NCBI RefSeq assembly: GCF_049684335.1
Contig: NZ_JBAVFV010000007.1
Location: 2,968 to 66,967 of the forward strand
From: Trichococcus sp.
Lineage (GTDB): Bacteria > Bacillota > Bacilli > Lactobacillales > Aerococcaceae
Reading direction: 5' to 3'
Length of the DNA stretch: 64,000 nucleotides
The notes below the pieces were generated by a model. That model saw only the letters and a list, made by a program, of their open reading frames with translations, did not search any database and was not told the origin of the DNA. The position numbers and the translations under genes were made by a program. Positions 10,067 to 19,906 of the stretch are shown one piece after another; the first letter of the stretch is position 1, and each line of letters starts with the position of its first letter.

Positions 10067-12022
10067 TGCTTTCCTGTCCTGATAGATGCTCATATAGTCG
10101 TTCACCTTCAGGGTTTCGACGTAGACTTCACGCAGACTGCAGCCGATCATCGCTTTTCTGCTGGCCTCGAGGACGTGCATCGTGCTCACCAAGGGGATGG
10201 ACTCGACCTTCAGAGGGAATAGTTTCTCCAATTCCCCCGCAAAAGTCGTCAGACTGCCCATGTCCACTAGCAGCAGGATATCATCGGTGATCTGATGGTT
10301 TTTGATGTAACGGACCAGCCTTTCGAATACTTGCTGGGGCTCCTCATCCAAGCGCGCATTGATTCCGATGGCCCCCTCGAGGTTCAGGAGTTGGTTCGCC
10401 GTGTCGCAAAGCGCCGACGCAATCCCCGATCCGTGCGCAATCACGATGACCTGCACTTTTGCCAATCTTTCGATCGCATCCATTTCATCGTGCATCAGGA
10501 ACATGATGAAATAACTCGCTTCCTCTTCCGGAATACCCACACCAAGATCCGCTTCCAAAATCATCAGGCACTCCTTGGCGACGCCGTACATCTCCGGATA
10601 CTTGTCGATGATCGCTTCATGCATGTCATTCTTCAGCACATGATCCTGTTGGCTTCGCTTCACAAGGTTGTAGATTTGAATAGCCATCATCTGGAACACC
10701 TTATCGCTCATCACCTTACCGGTCTTGATCGTGACGTGGCGGAGGATTTTTTCAAGTTCCTTGATGATGTTCTCCGGCACAAGCGCAATCAGATTTTGTT
10801 TGTTGCAAAAAAATTGCTCCAATTCCCGATAGCGTGTGTTCATTTCCCGGTAGATGGTGCTTTCGCTCGGCACGCTGACTTCCGTAACGGTAGCGTTGGC
10901 GGGCAGATATTGGATCGCCTGTCGGTTCGTCCCCTCGTATTTCGACCACATCTGACGGTGGTCCGCATTGCTGAGCAGACCCGCCCGGATATAATCCGGC
11001 AGATCTTTGCTGCTGACTTTCAAATAATCCTCTTTGACGGCCAAGAGCCGCGCATAGCTTTTTGCGAAAGCGATCCGGATATCCGCTTTGAATTGCCCGA
11101 TGTTCAATTCACATTTGTAATGCAGAAAGGCTTTCAGCGCATTCTTGCTGAAATACATCGGCACTCCCAACTGATCGACTTCCTGCTGGACGAATGCATC
11201 GAACAGCTGATGGCGTTCCTCGACGGACCTCTCCCTTAAGCTCGGCAGATCGATGATGATCGGCAGCCTGCGGATGAACGTCTTCAAAAGTGTGTCCTTT
11301 TTCTCGGTCGTCGCGCCGATGATCAGGACATTGGCATGATGATCCTTTTCTGTTTCACCAAGCGGTCGGAAAACCCCTCGGTCGATATAGGTGAACAGCG
11401 TCTCTTGGCCTTCAATCGGTAAGCGATGGATTTCATCCAGAAAAAGGATGCCTCCGTTCGCCTTCTCGAGAAGTCCTGTCTTATTTGTTTCCGCACCCGT
11501 ATAAGCCCCTTTTGCATGGCCAAAAAGTTGGCTCATCAAAAGTTGCGGATTATGGGCATAATCGGCGCAATTGAACTGGATGAAAGGGGAAGATTCCGCC
11601 AGCTTCCCCGATTGGATGCCGTATTTATGCAGCAAATCGGCAAACAACGACTTGCCTACGCCAGTTTCGCCCAGCAACAGCATATGCATGCCGTCTCCTG
11701 GATACAGGATCGCCGCCTTCCCTTGCTCAATCTGATGGAAAAGGCTGGGATTCTTCTTCAGGAAATTATCCATGTCCACGATTTTGGGCGTTTTTTTTAG
11801 TGCCGCAGCCTGTTGGGACAGCTTTCGTGTGCACGGAAAAAAACGCACCGGTCTTGTTTTTTCTTTGTAGCAGCGTTTTTCTTTATGTAGCTGATTCAGA
11901 TCACGCGAAATATTGCTTCTGTCGCTTTTCAATCTATAGGCGATTTCCTCGGCCGTTATACCCTGCTTTTTCTCCTCGTAAATCATGTTCAATGCCTCAA
12001 ACACTTTTTCAATCCTCTGCAA
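10052..12022 (-). CDS. Sigma-54-dependent, PTS-regulated transcriptional activator (LevR/CelR-like), apparently C-terminally shortened
   Basis: N-terminal HTH. AAA+ sigma-54 interaction domain with GETGVGKS Walker A, GAYTGA and [13 protein letters not shown]-like segment and an EIIA(Man)-like segment ([14 protein letters not shown]) follow. It has 656 aa, whereas LevR-type proteins usually have more than 900 aa. TTG start. Confidence 0.75.
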   Translation of the reverse strand: MQRIEKVFEALNMIYEEKKQGITAEEIAYRLKSDRSNISRDLNQLHKEKRCYKEKTRPVRFFPCTRKLSQQAAALKKTPKIVDMDNFLKKNPSLFHQIEQGKAAILYPGDGMHMLLLGETGVGKSLFADLLHKYGIQSGKLAESSPFIQFNCADYAHNPQLLMSQLFGHAKGAYTGAETNKTGLLEKANGGILFLDEIHRLPIEGQETLFTYIDRGVFRPLGETEKDHHANVLIIGATTEKKDTLLKTFIRRLPIIIDLPSLRERSVEERHQLFDAFVQQEVDQLGVPMYFSKNALKAFLHYKCELNIGQFKADIRIAFAKSYARLLAVKEDYLKVSSKDLPDYIRAGLLSNADHRQMWSKYEGTNRQAIQYLPANATVTEVSVPSESTIYREMNTRYRELEQFFCNKQNLIALVPENIIKELEKILRHVTIKTGKVMSDKVFQMMAIQIYNLVKRSQQDHVLKNDMHEAIIDKYPEMYGVAKECLMILEADLGVGIPEEEASYFIMFLMHDEMDAIERLAKVQVIVIAHGSGIASALCDTANQLLNLEGAIGINARLDEEPQQVFERLVRYIKNHQITDDILLLVDMGSLTTFAGELEKLFPLKVESIPLVSTMHVLEASRKAMIGCSLREVYVETLKVNDYMSIYQDRKAVEQV

Positions 12023-12254
12023 ATATCATCCCACCTTGGCAAGCGTTTACATTCTAATGACAATCGTACCATACTTTAGGGATGGAGTAACCGAAAAAGT
12101 TATAGTTGCATGAATTCCAAGTTAACTAGTAGACAGCGATAAGATGATATATAATAGGCTTTATGCGGAGTATGCTGGCGCAATCAATATCATGACCACG
12201 CTGGTATGTATTGTAACCATGCCCATCTTTGTCATCCTGTATTATTTATAAAAT

Positions 12255-12312
12255 AAAAAAATCCTGGGAAACATTGAAGAAAATTACTTCAATGTTTCCC
12301 AGGATTTCTGTT
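12255..12312 (-). terminator. Long intrinsic terminator, probably the original tRNA-Lys terminator displaced by the integration
   Basis: Perfect 18-19-bp stem ATCCTGGGAAACATTGAAG / CTTCAATGTTTCCCAGGAT. On the minus strand a U-rich run follows. It lies immediately outside attL. Confidence 0.7.
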
Positions 12313-12321
12313 TAAAGACTG

Positions 12322-12335
12322 ATGGGTAATGAGGG
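12322..12335. repeat. attL: 14-bp direct repeat copying the tRNA-Lys 3' end
   Basis: ATGGGTAATGAGGG is identical to 25661-25674. Confidence 0.8.
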
Positions 12336-12464
12336 TATGCTATTTCTTCCATTATATAGGGTATATTCTTGTCACTTGTTTAATCTATCGGGCTTTTAAC
12401 ATTAAACGCTTGTCATAGATTCCCATGAATTCAATTCGTTACATATTCAAAAGCATATTCAATT

Positions 12465-13175
12465 TTATATACTGCCGGGGGCCTTTGGTTCGCTATCTTT
12501 AATGGTGGCGGATTTTTTATTTGTCAAAACCTCCTCTTCGTAAAATTCCTCGATTTGTTTTTTTACTATATCAAGTTTTTGCAATAATTCTAATCTTAAT
12601 TTTTTGTAAACTTCTCTTTCTACCTGAAGCACGCCTTTTAAAACGTCAACCTGAGTTTTATCAATAGTTGGGACTCCAATCTCTCTGCAACTAAAAAATA
12701 TTTTACTAATCGGAGTGCTAATACTAGAAAAGATAAGATTCAGATCATTTTTATTAATTTTCAATTCTTTATAAATTGTTTGTTTTGAATAGAGTATCGA
12801 TAATGCTGATCCTAGTTCTGTATATTTCTCTTGTAACAGATGGGAATTTTCAATCATCAATTTAAAATAACTTAACCCCATATCTATTATATTTATTTCT
12901 CCTTCAATTTTTTGAAGTACATCTTCGATTTCATATATAGACTTATATATATCTTCATATTTTTCAACTCTCAATCTAATGCTAATCATTAGTTTTTCTT
13001 TCTGAATATCTTTTTCACTTTGCTTTTCAACTTGAATCTTTGCAACATTAAACGCAATCAAAGCAGAAAAAAGTGAGGCAATTAAAATACCGACTACATT
13101 AAAAATGTTTCCTACCCAATCAGTAGCCCCTATTTGCTCCACTGCATTAATAAGCCCTTCTTCAAATGGTGTCAT
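12465..13175 (-). CDS. Hypothetical membrane-anchored coiled-coil protein (cargo gene at the att-distal end)
   Basis: 236 aa with one N-terminal hydrophobic helix (VGNIFNVVGILIASLFSALIAFNVA). The rest is K/E-rich helical sequence. Very AT-rich. No family recognised. Confidence 0.6.
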   Translation of the reverse strand: MTPFEEGLINAVEQIGATDWVGNIFNVVGILIASLFSALIAFNVAKIQVEKQSEKDIQKEKLMISIRLRVEKYEDIYKSIYEIEDVLQKIEGEINIIDMGLSYFKLMIENSHLLQEKYTELGSALSILYSKQTIYKELKINKNDLNLIFSSISTPISKIFFSCREIGVPTIDKTQVDVLKGVLQVEREVYKKLRLELLQKLDIVKKQIEEFYEEEVLTNKKSATIKDSEPKAPGSI

Positions 13176-13490
13176 GTGTTTCCCCTTTTCTTTTTAAATG
13201 ATTATAACAAAAATAAGGCTGCACCGCCTTGGGGGACCGATTCAACCTTACACCTTTAATATACGCAATGAATTCCAGGCGCATTTATTTATTTTAATAT
13301 TCTTTCGCGTTCCTCGCGTTACCAGTCTTTCATTCTGAATATGATACAACTTTTTAACTCCTGTTCGAGTGTTTATATATCTTAATGCAAAAGCTTGTTA
13401 GAACGTCAAAAAAGGCCCTTAAAATGGATTCACTTTATTTCTTTTTACTGGTCCTTACTAAGTATAATAAAAAGAAAGGGGGTCTTTATC

Positions 13491-13640
13491 ATGGCTGATT
13501 CACCTAAAAAGAAAAAAGAACGAAAACATTATGAAGTTATCAATCGAGATAAAAACGGTAATATCATCCCGGATTTATCAAAAGTCACTCTTTCAAAGGA
13601 GTTAAGCCGGGAAATCATTCAAATTATGAATAGATGCTGA
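13491..13640 (+). CDS. Hypothetical small basic protein
   Basis: MADSPKKKKERKHYEVINRDKNGNIIPDLSK... (49 aa) behind an AAAGGGGG RBS. The longer track ORF (13395) has no RBS. A hairpin at 13650-13679 follows. Confidence 0.45.
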   Translation: MADSPKKKKERKHYEVINRDKNGNIIPDLSKVTLSKELSREIIQIMNRC

Positions 13641-13644
13641 TCAA

Positions 13645-13686
13645 TAAAAAAGGACCCTATCACAATTGATAAGGTCCTTCTTTGTG
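13645..13686. terminator. Bidirectional terminator between the tape-measure gene and the small plus-strand gene
   Basis: AAGGACC ...loop... GGTCCTT flanked by an A-run and a T-run. Confidence 0.6.
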
Positions 13687-13692
13687 TGCTGC

Positions 13693-16473
13693 TTATTTCC
13701 TACCGGTTCCAAAACTTAAATCTCTTGCATTGCTTTGCATGTTTCTATCAACATGCTTTGTGGTAGATCTTGCAATTTCTTTACCATCCAGATAAACCGG
13801 AGAAACCACGGTAACGCCTGCACCTGTCATTGTTGCGGCAATACCTTTCCCAATCGCTCCCAATGTTTCTGCATTCAATGGTAATGCTGCTTCCGGTTCT
13901 GGACCATCCCCGAAACCTCTAACCCGGCCATTTGCTGCCTGGAATATTGTAGGCTCCGAGAAAATACCACCGTTTTTATACCAATCAATCGCCAATTTCG
14001 GAACGCTTGGAGGGTTCAGGCTAAACGATCCGCTTACGCTGAAGTGTGGCATTTTCAATTTTGGCAATGACCAACTGAAGTTCATAACACTTTTAATTGC
14101 GCTGATTGCTGAAGATACCGCGGTTTTCGCTCCATTGATTGCGTTCGATATAGTCGATTTAATGCCGTTCCATACGCCATCAACCGTGCTTTTAATGCCG
14201 TTGAAAACACCTGATACAGTGCTACTGATTCCATTCACTGCGCTTGATATAGTGGATGTAATGTTATTCCAGATATTTGAAGCCGTGCTGCTGATTGATG
14301 AAAAAACGTTGCTTACTGAATTGCTGAAGTTCGTAAAGGTATTACTTGCGCTTTCCACTAATTCAGTAACTTTAGAAACAATTGCATCCCTAATCTCCTG
14401 GAATTTCGCGGCAATGGCTGCGCCCATGTTGGCAAACAGTTCACTGATCCAGGTTGCAAAGATATTGAATTTTTCTGAAAGCCAGTCTGTAATAGTTCCC
14501 CAGTTCTGGAAAACTGCCATTATTCCGGAAATGATTCCTGTCACAGCGATAACGGCACCTATTACAATGGCCAATGTTGAACCGAACGCCATAAACCCGG
14601 CAACAATTGCAGCAATAACCGGTGATAACACGACAAGAACCGCGCTGATACCTCCGAATGTTTCAATATACGTTTGAACCGGACCGGATAAATTGCCAAA
14701 CCATTCGGATAAAGTGCTAATAGCATCAATAACCTTCGGCAAAACATCCTGTGCAATCTCAACTAACTTTTCTCCCAGTGGTAAAAGCTGCTCTTGTAAC
14801 GATCTGATACCGCTTTGAAATTCTTCTGTTGGGTTCTTTGTGGAAGCTGCTTCCGCTGCACCTGCTACATCATTTAGGCCCTCTGTTACTCCTAACAAGG
14901 ATAAGCTTGCATTAATCCCCAGGTCTTCATATTGGGAACCTAAAACAGTTAAGGCCGCTTGTTGTTCTGAAGGTGACATTTTTTTCATATCTTCAGCAAT
15001 ACTGTTGGCCACATCCTGCACGGTTGCTTCGTTATTTTTCCATTTATCAATGACTGTATCTGTCGCATCTGAAAATGATTCTTTGAAGGCTTCTACTTGT
15101 GTATCATCGCCTAGTTTTACTTGCAGTTCCTTTACAGCATCCTGGACTAAATCTGTTGACCTGGCCCCGGCTTCCATTGTCGTTGTCATGACCGCAAACA
15201 TTTCCTCCGCAGAATATCCGGCATCTTTGAACAGTGGTGTGTATTCCGTCAATGTGTCCAGATAATCACCGGATTTATTCAAATTGTTCTGATAGCCATC
15301 AGCGATAAGGTCAAGTGCTTCTGTCGCGGTTATTCCGTATGTTTCCATGACTTTTTCTAAAGCATTGGTGTTTTCCAGTACGTCTGTACCGGTACGCTTT
15401 GAAATGGTTGTGATCTGATTTGTCAGATTTTCCAGGTCAGTATCATTTAAATCGCCAAAAGCACTTTTAACAACTATTAGCGCTTCTGTTGCTTCTTCCA
15501 CGGATCCCACAACACCATTTTTAAACACGTCTTGCACAACACCATTCAAGGCTTCGGCTTCTTCTGCAGTCAGTCCTAGATTTGCTTGTAATTGTGTTTG
15601 AGAATCTCCCCAGGACAAAGCGGAATCAAACGCGGCTGTTCCAATTTCAATCAATTTATCAGACACGGCTTGTAAAGCTTCGGCACCTTCCATCAGTGTA
15701 TTGGCATCAATCTTCTTGCCTAAATTCTCCATGCCATCAGCTGCAGAATCACCGCCACTTTCAATATTTTCTAGTGAATCGCTGAACTGTTTGACCGTTG
15801 TTTTCGCTTCGTTCAGCTTCGTTTCTAGCTGCATCACCTCTACAGAATTTTCACCGTATGCAGTTTTCGTTTCGTTTAGTTGTTTTTCCAGGTTCTGCAC
15901 GGCTCTTTCTGTCAATCCCATCTGTGCATCAAACTGCTTTTGGGCCAGTTCCGCTTTTTCGGTTTCCGTTGCGTTCTTCCCTAGTTCTGCAGTCTGCAGT
16001 TTGAAAGAACTTGTAAGATTCTTTTGTTCTGCATCCAATAGTTTTGCTTCGCTTTTCAGTCCGTCCAATCGGTCCTTTGCATCCCTGGCATCTTGCGCCT
16101 GATCGGATAGACCGGCATTAACTCTTTCCAGTGATTTCTGCAGTGACGTTTCCGCGCGTTCGGAATCAAGCAATTTCCCATACATTGCTGTTAATTGATC
16201 CGTTGTCGCGTTGGTGTCCTTTCCCATCGCTTCATATTCGGCTCTTAACATCTTTGTTCTTTTCTGTGCGCCATCCATCTGGATTTCAAGCTTCTTCTTC
16301 TCGGCTCTCAATTTGTCTGTTGCGCTTGCATCGTTCCCCATGGCGGCAATGTGGTTCTTGTATTCTTTGGCCGCCGTATTCATCACCTGGTTAATCTGCT
16401 TCAATGTTTCGGCATATTGTACTTGTCCATCCATTTTGAAATTCAATACAACGTTACTTGCTTTTTCTGCCAT
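13693..16473 (-). CDS. Phage tail tape measure protein
   Basis: 926 aa. The N-terminal part is a long coiled coil. A central hydrophobic segment and a C-terminal tandem ~11-aa periodicity ([59 protein letters not shown]) are typical of siphovirus TMPs. AAGGAGGAAG RBS. Confidence 0.85.
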   Translation of the reverse strand: MAEKASNVVLNFKMDGQVQYAETLKQINQVMNTAAKEYKNHIAAMGNDASATDKLRAEKKKLEIQMDGAQKRTKMLRAEYEAMGKDTNATTDQLTAMYGKLLDSERAETSLQKSLERVNAGLSDQAQDARDAKDRLDGLKSEAKLLDAEQKNLTSSFKLQTAELGKNATETEKAELAQKQFDAQMGLTERAVQNLEKQLNETKTAYGENSVEVMQLETKLNEAKTTVKQFSDSLENIESGGDSAADGMENLGKKIDANTLMEGAEALQAVSDKLIEIGTAAFDSALSWGDSQTQLQANLGLTAEEAEALNGVVQDVFKNGVVGSVEEATEALIVVKSAFGDLNDTDLENLTNQITTISKRTGTDVLENTNALEKVMETYGITATEALDLIADGYQNNLNKSGDYLDTLTEYTPLFKDAGYSAEEMFAVMTTTMEAGARSTDLVQDAVKELQVKLGDDTQVEAFKESFSDATDTVIDKWKNNEATVQDVANSIAEDMKKMSPSEQQAALTVLGSQYEDLGINASLSLLGVTEGLNDVAGAAEAASTKNPTEEFQSGIRSLQEQLLPLGEKLVEIAQDVLPKVIDAISTLSEWFGNLSGPVQTYIETFGGISAVLVVLSPVIAAIVAGFMAFGSTLAIVIGAVIAVTGIISGIMAVFQNWGTITDWLSEKFNIFATWISELFANMGAAIAAKFQEIRDAIVSKVTELVESASNTFTNFSNSVSNVFSSISSTASNIWNNITSTISSAVNGISSTVSGVFNGIKSTVDGVWNGIKSTISNAINGAKTAVSSAISAIKSVMNFSWSLPKLKMPHFSVSGSFSLNPPSVPKLAIDWYKNGGIFSEPTIFQAANGRVRGFGDGPEPEAALPLNAETLGAIGKGIAATMTGAGVTVVSPVYLDGKEIARSTTKHVDRNMQSNARDLSFGTGRK

Positions 16474-16549
16474 GTTTCTTCCTCCTTTTTAGACGAAAAA
16501 AAGAGGACACCCTGAACAATTAAGTTCAAAGCATCCTCTGGTTTTCCAG

Positions 16550-16735
16550 TCAGATTTTATATTTTTCAGTTTTATCAATGTTTACAATCTTCTTATCTTG
16601 AATTTTTATCAACACTTGGCCAAAATCAGGAATTTTCAATACAGTTGGCTCTCCATCTTTGATAATGACCACACCGTCATTTATCCCAAAATTTGCAATT
16701 GATGGATTTAAGTTTTTATTGCTTGGTACCTCCAT
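16550..16735 (-). CDS. Hypothetical phage protein (position of a tail assembly chaperone)
   Basis: 61 aa with a GGAGGTGG RBS, directly upstream of the TMP gene. Assigned by position only. Confidence 0.45.
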   Translation of the reverse strand: MEVPSNKNLNPSIANFGINDGVVIIKDGEPTVLKIPDFGQVLIKIQDKKIVNIDKTEKYKI

Positions 16736-16749
16736 TATACCACCACCTC

Positions 16750-17121
16750 CTATTTGATTAATTCGGCCAATTCACTTTCTAACTCTTGTACTGACAAGGA
16801 TAATTGCTTCATTTTCGACAAAGCTTCTTTATCAAGCAGCATATCTTCATTGGCTGATTTTTTTGAAATATTTACGATTATTCCAGTCATCTGAATAATA
16901 TCTTCAAACACCGCTGCAGCCTTGGCCAGGCCGCAAAATTTAAATATTTTTTGCTTTCTTTCTAGTTCGTTAGAAACCTGGTTCAGGCCATTTTCAACGT
17001 TCAGAAGGCTATTGACTGCAGCGGCTTTATCATTGGCATCAAACTTAATTTCTTTGAATTCGGTAATGACTTTAAAATACTTGTATACCAATTTTTTGAA
17101 AATAATTTTCGGATTTCCCAA
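16750..17121 (-). CDS. Hypothetical phage protein (position of a tail assembly chaperone)
   Basis: 123 aa, helical, TTG start behind GAGGGGGG. Assigned by position only. Confidence 0.45.
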   Translation of the reverse strand: MGNPKIIFKKLVYKYFKVITEFKEIKFDANDKAAAVNSLLNVENGLNQVSNELERKQKIFKFCGLAKAAAVFEDIIQMTGIIVNISKKSANEDMLLDKEALSKMKQLSLSVQELESELAELIK

Positions 17122-17227
17122 AATATGGACCCCCCTCTCAATTTTTATTTTTTTGGTCTAGCGCGCTCCTTCCATCCCTTACTACCTATCTTTCCCTAAT
17201 CACAAAAATAATTTTTGGTAGGGGGGG

Positions 17228-17518
17228 CTATCGCAGCACGCGCTTTACTATCAAATTGTTTTTCGTGAAAATTTTTCCGTATGGCTGTTGTCTGGTATGG
17301 CCTTGCAAGTCAGCAAGTAACTTGTATACCCTGTTCCGATCGAACTCATGATATAGAATGCATTGATAAGGGATAGTCAAGTTTATTTTGCCGTGCCTTT
17401 CATCCTTGAAAAGTGCAGCCATAACATCGTTGTCTTTATACAGCACCGCAACAAAGCGCCCTTGTATCTCTATGAATCTATCTTCTACTTGTTCCATACG
17501 CTCATACCATCCCTTCAA
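17228..17518 (-). CDS. Hypothetical phage protein
   Basis: 96-aa ORF. The start is uncertain (TTG, or an internal ATG). Confidence 0.4.
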   Translation of the reverse strand: MKGWYERMEQVEDRFIEIQGRFVAVLYKDNDVMAALFKDERHGKINLTIPYQCILYHEFDRNRVYKLLADLQGHTRQQPYGKIFTKNNLIVKRVLR

Positions 17519-17542
17519 GTAATTCTTGTAATGTTGTTTTTT

Positions 17543-18016
17543 TCATTGTTTCAACTCCCAAATTTCATTGTCTATATCAGCAGTATCTCGTTTGAGTTTT
17601 TTAATTCGTTTATGGCTTTCTTTTATGAAGGGATGATCTGCGACAATTTCCGCATGCCTACGCCTAATGTAAACAGCGTGATAATCCAATTCTTCAGCTA
17701 TGACTTTCAGCGTCTTGCCTTCAATATACTTCTTTTTAAGCATTTGGTTTTTATACCCTTTGAATGTATCAATTAACAACATAAGAGATTCCTTGATTTC
17801 CTCCCGAAGTTTCAAACCGTTCTCGATTTTTTTAATCGTTTCTTCAATATGTGCATGTGCGCCCTTTGATTCATTTGTTATTCTGACTTTTGCCAGGTCT
17901 CCTTTTTCTAACCTAATCAATTCAAGTCTTGTTTTATTTAGATTCCATTTCATATTTGCTATCTCTTCTTCAAGTTCTTGGTATTCCATAAGCCATTTGT
18001 ATTTGATCAACGGCAT
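17543..18016 (-). CDS. Phage late-gene activator-like protein (ArpU/RinA-like, sigma-70 region-4-type HTH)
   Basis: 157 aa. The segment YIEGKTLKVIAEELDYHAVYIRRRHAEIV resembles a sigma region-4 HTH. Size and coiled N-terminus fit ArpU/RinA-type proteins. Recognised from memory, not searched. Confidence 0.45.
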   Translation of the reverse strand: MPLIKYKWLMEYQELEEEIANMKWNLNKTRLELIRLEKGDLAKVRITNESKGAHAHIEETIKKIENGLKLREEIKESLMLLIDTFKGYKNQMLKKKYIEGKTLKVIAEELDYHAVYIRRRHAEIVADHPFIKESHKRIKKLKRDTADIDNEIWELKQ

Positions 18017-18092
18017 TCACTCCCAACATATCCCAGATAATATAAAAGACTTGCTCACCAGGAAGCACTGGCCACTGATAAACAAGTCCGAT

Positions 18093-18668
18093 TCAATTAT
18101 ATTTTTTCAAAATTCTATCAATCTTTTGTAACATCGCTTTTCTTTGGAGGGCTTCACTCATTTCAAGCATTCTGTTTATGCTTTCCATAATCGGCAACAC
18201 TGTTCTTCTGTCACCATTCATAACACTTGTATCATCATAGGCCGGATTCTTTACCAGGCTTATTTCTAATAACTCAGCTTTAAGGACAGTCCGATAATTC
18301 CTCTTGTCCTTCCAGGTCCAATTAGATTCTGAATATCTAAACCCTATTGAAACCTTGTTCAATTCGCCTTTGTCCATTTCTCGCATGACGGCTTTTCCGG
18401 TCCTGGTGTTAGGAATAATGATCTTGTATTTTAGCCCTATGCTATCTTCTTCCAGAATCAGTGAACCATCATCAACGCATGCAATACGCTTTGTAACATC
18501 ATGAGAATAGAAAGCATACTGATTTTTATTTTTTAGCGAATCGGCAAAGGCCCCTCTCTCAACTTGTTCAAAGAACCTGTTGCCATTTTCATGTATTTCT
18601 TTCGATAAGCTGCGCCATTTCACGGCATAGCCGCTTATAATTCGTTGTGTGTCGTCCGGTTCCGTCAT
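18093..18668 (-). CDS. HK97-family prohead protease (Peptidase S78/U35)
   Basis: ISGYAVKW...VERGAFADSL...YSHD...LEEDSIGLKY...G.LNKVSIGF...ELLEISLVKNPAYDDT matches the prohead protease motif order, including the His and Ser catalytic positions. Confidence 0.75.
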   Translation of the reverse strand: MTEPDDTQRIISGYAVKWRSLSKEIHENGNRFFEQVERGAFADSLKNKNQYAFYSHDVTKRIACVDDGSLILEEDSIGLKYKIIIPNTRTGKAVMREMDKGELNKVSIGFRYSESNWTWKDKRNYRTVLKAELLEISLVKNPAYDDTSVMNGDRRTVLPIMESINRMLEMSEALQRKAMLQKIDRILKKYN

Positions 18669-18680
18669 AGGTTCAACCCT

Positions 18681-19313
18681 TTAACCCATTAATGTGGCGG
18701 TTAGATTTGGCCGTTGACGGTGGTTCTTGATAACCTCCGGAGAAAACACCTCGTAATTCAGCCGATTATCAAAAGACGGCTGTGCACCTGGATAAGTAGG
18801 GATAAAGGTTTCGGCCTTTACAGTTGTATCCAAAGCCTGAATCTTAGTACAAAAATATCTTTGGTTATCCAATTCACTTTGATAATCCCTAATTGCTGCA
18901 TAATAGGCCGCCTGTGCATCTAGCACCTTCTGTTTATGAACTTCAATTATTTGGTTTTGTTCGGCAAGGATGCGTACAGCTTCATTTTTCACGGCTTCCA
19001 GGTTGATGTATTCGGCTGTTTTCGAATTCTTCAGGCCGTCAATTTTGCGCTTTTCTTTTTTGATTTCTGTTTCTAGTTCCGTGATTTTCACGTCAAAGTC
19101 TTCTTCTTTTTTAGCAAAGAACTTCAGCGGATTCAGTTTGTTCATGCTGTCATTTAATGCCGTCTTTACTGCTTTTTCTTCGAGCGCTGCAATCTCTTTT
19201 TCTAAGTTATAGATACGGCTTTCAGATGCCTGGATAAGTTGTGGCTTCTGGTTCAATGCCTTTGTAGCTTCCTGGTACAATTTCGCTTTGTTCATCATGT
19301 CCTGATAATTCAT
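18681..19313 (-). CDS. Hypothetical coiled-coil phage protein
   Basis: 210 aa with a GAAAGGTGAG RBS. No family recognised. Confidence 0.5.
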   Translation of the reverse strand: MNYQDMMNKAKLYQEATKALNQKPQLIQASESRIYNLEKEIAALEEKAVKTALNDSMNKLNPLKFFAKKEEDFDVKITELETEIKKEKRKIDGLKNSKTAEYINLEAVKNEAVRILAEQNQIIEVHKQKVLDAQAAYYAAIRDYQSELDNQRYFCTKIQALDTTVKAETFIPTYPGAQPSFDNRLNYEVFSPEVIKNHRQRPNLTATLMG

Positions 19314-19316
19314 AGG

Positions 19317-19478
19317 TTACTCACCTTTCTTCTTATCGTTTTTCAACACTGTGTTGATTTTCTTGATAGCTTTCGCCCTGGCTTCTGCTTCTTTGGTGTT
19401 TTCTTCTTTACCGTTGTTCATACCACGGTTAGCGGCTCCGATCATACCTGTTGATGTTTCCATGTGTTTCTTCGTCAT
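19317..19478 (-). CDS. Hypothetical small protein (below the ORF-track length cutoff)
   Basis: Reverse translation gives MTKKHMETSTGMIGAANRGMNNGKEENTKEAEARAKAIKKINTVLKNDKKKGE* behind an AAGGGAG RBS. It fills the gap between flanking genes exactly. Confidence 0.45.
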   Translation of the reverse strand: MTKKHMETSTGMIGAANRGMNNGKEENTKEAEARAKAIKKINTVLKNDKKKGE

Positions 19479-19493
19479 AGTTGATACGCTCCC

Positions 19494-19733
19494 TTATTCT
19501 GCTGATTTAAATTGTCTTGATTCAACTTCGTAAACTGCCTGTGCCAGATTCTTGATAGCTTCATTCGTTACCTGAATGCGCTCATGCCGTTCTGCTTCCG
19601 TTCCCATCCTTACATTTTTCTGGCCAAAGGTTTCTGTGTACTGGTCCACAATGTTTTCAAAACGTTTTTTATCTTCCTCGCTTAATCTTTCCCACTCACT
19701 TTTGAAACCTTCTGAATAATTATTTAGATTCAT
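19494..19733 (-). CDS. Hypothetical phage protein
   Basis: 79 aa with a TGGAGGTGAAATA RBS. Confidence 0.5.
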   Translation of the reverse strand: MNLNNYSEGFKSEWERLSEEDKKRFENIVDQYTETFGQKNVRMGTEAERHERIQVTNEAIKNLAQAVYEVESRQFKSAE

Positions 19734-19822
19734 TATTTCACCTCCAATCTATTTGAATTTTTTTGATATTATGCTGCAGCGGATCACCTCCCTTTGCTTT
19801 GATTAATCCAATAGAACACGCA

Positions 19823-19906
19823 TAAACTTTGGCGAGGGCGTGGGTTTTATTATTAATCACCATTAAACTTTGTTAATTGGTAGGGGCAACGGTGTTTTAA
19901 ACTTTG
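19823..19906. repeat. Three copies of TAAACTTTG in the noncoding gap after the replication genes (candidate iterons / element ori)
   Basis: Exact 9-mers at 19823, 19864 and 19898, spaced 41 and 34 bp apart, inside the 300-bp gap 19734-20034. Confidence 0.3.

Noticed and set aside
10295-11239. 314-aa plus-strand ORF inside the LevR-like gene
   Set aside because: It is antisense to the AAA+ domain frame, which has clear Walker motifs. It is a shadow ORF.
12036-12051. TGGCAAGCGTTTACAT, which looks like a sigma-54 -24/-12 promoter divergent from the LevR-like gene
   Set aside because: The -12 element reads TTACA instead of TTGCA, so the essential GC is lost, and the spacing is one nt short. No downstream operon exists. 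It may be a decayed promoter but cannot be supported.
12180-12250. Short hydrophobic reading frame (…AEYAGAINIMTTLVCIVTMPIFVILYYL*) ending just before the strong terminator
   Set aside because: The open frame is only about 33 codons and its internal ATG has no RBS. It could be the 3' remnant of a lost membrane or PTS gene, consistent with the nearby deletion scar. It is too short to call.
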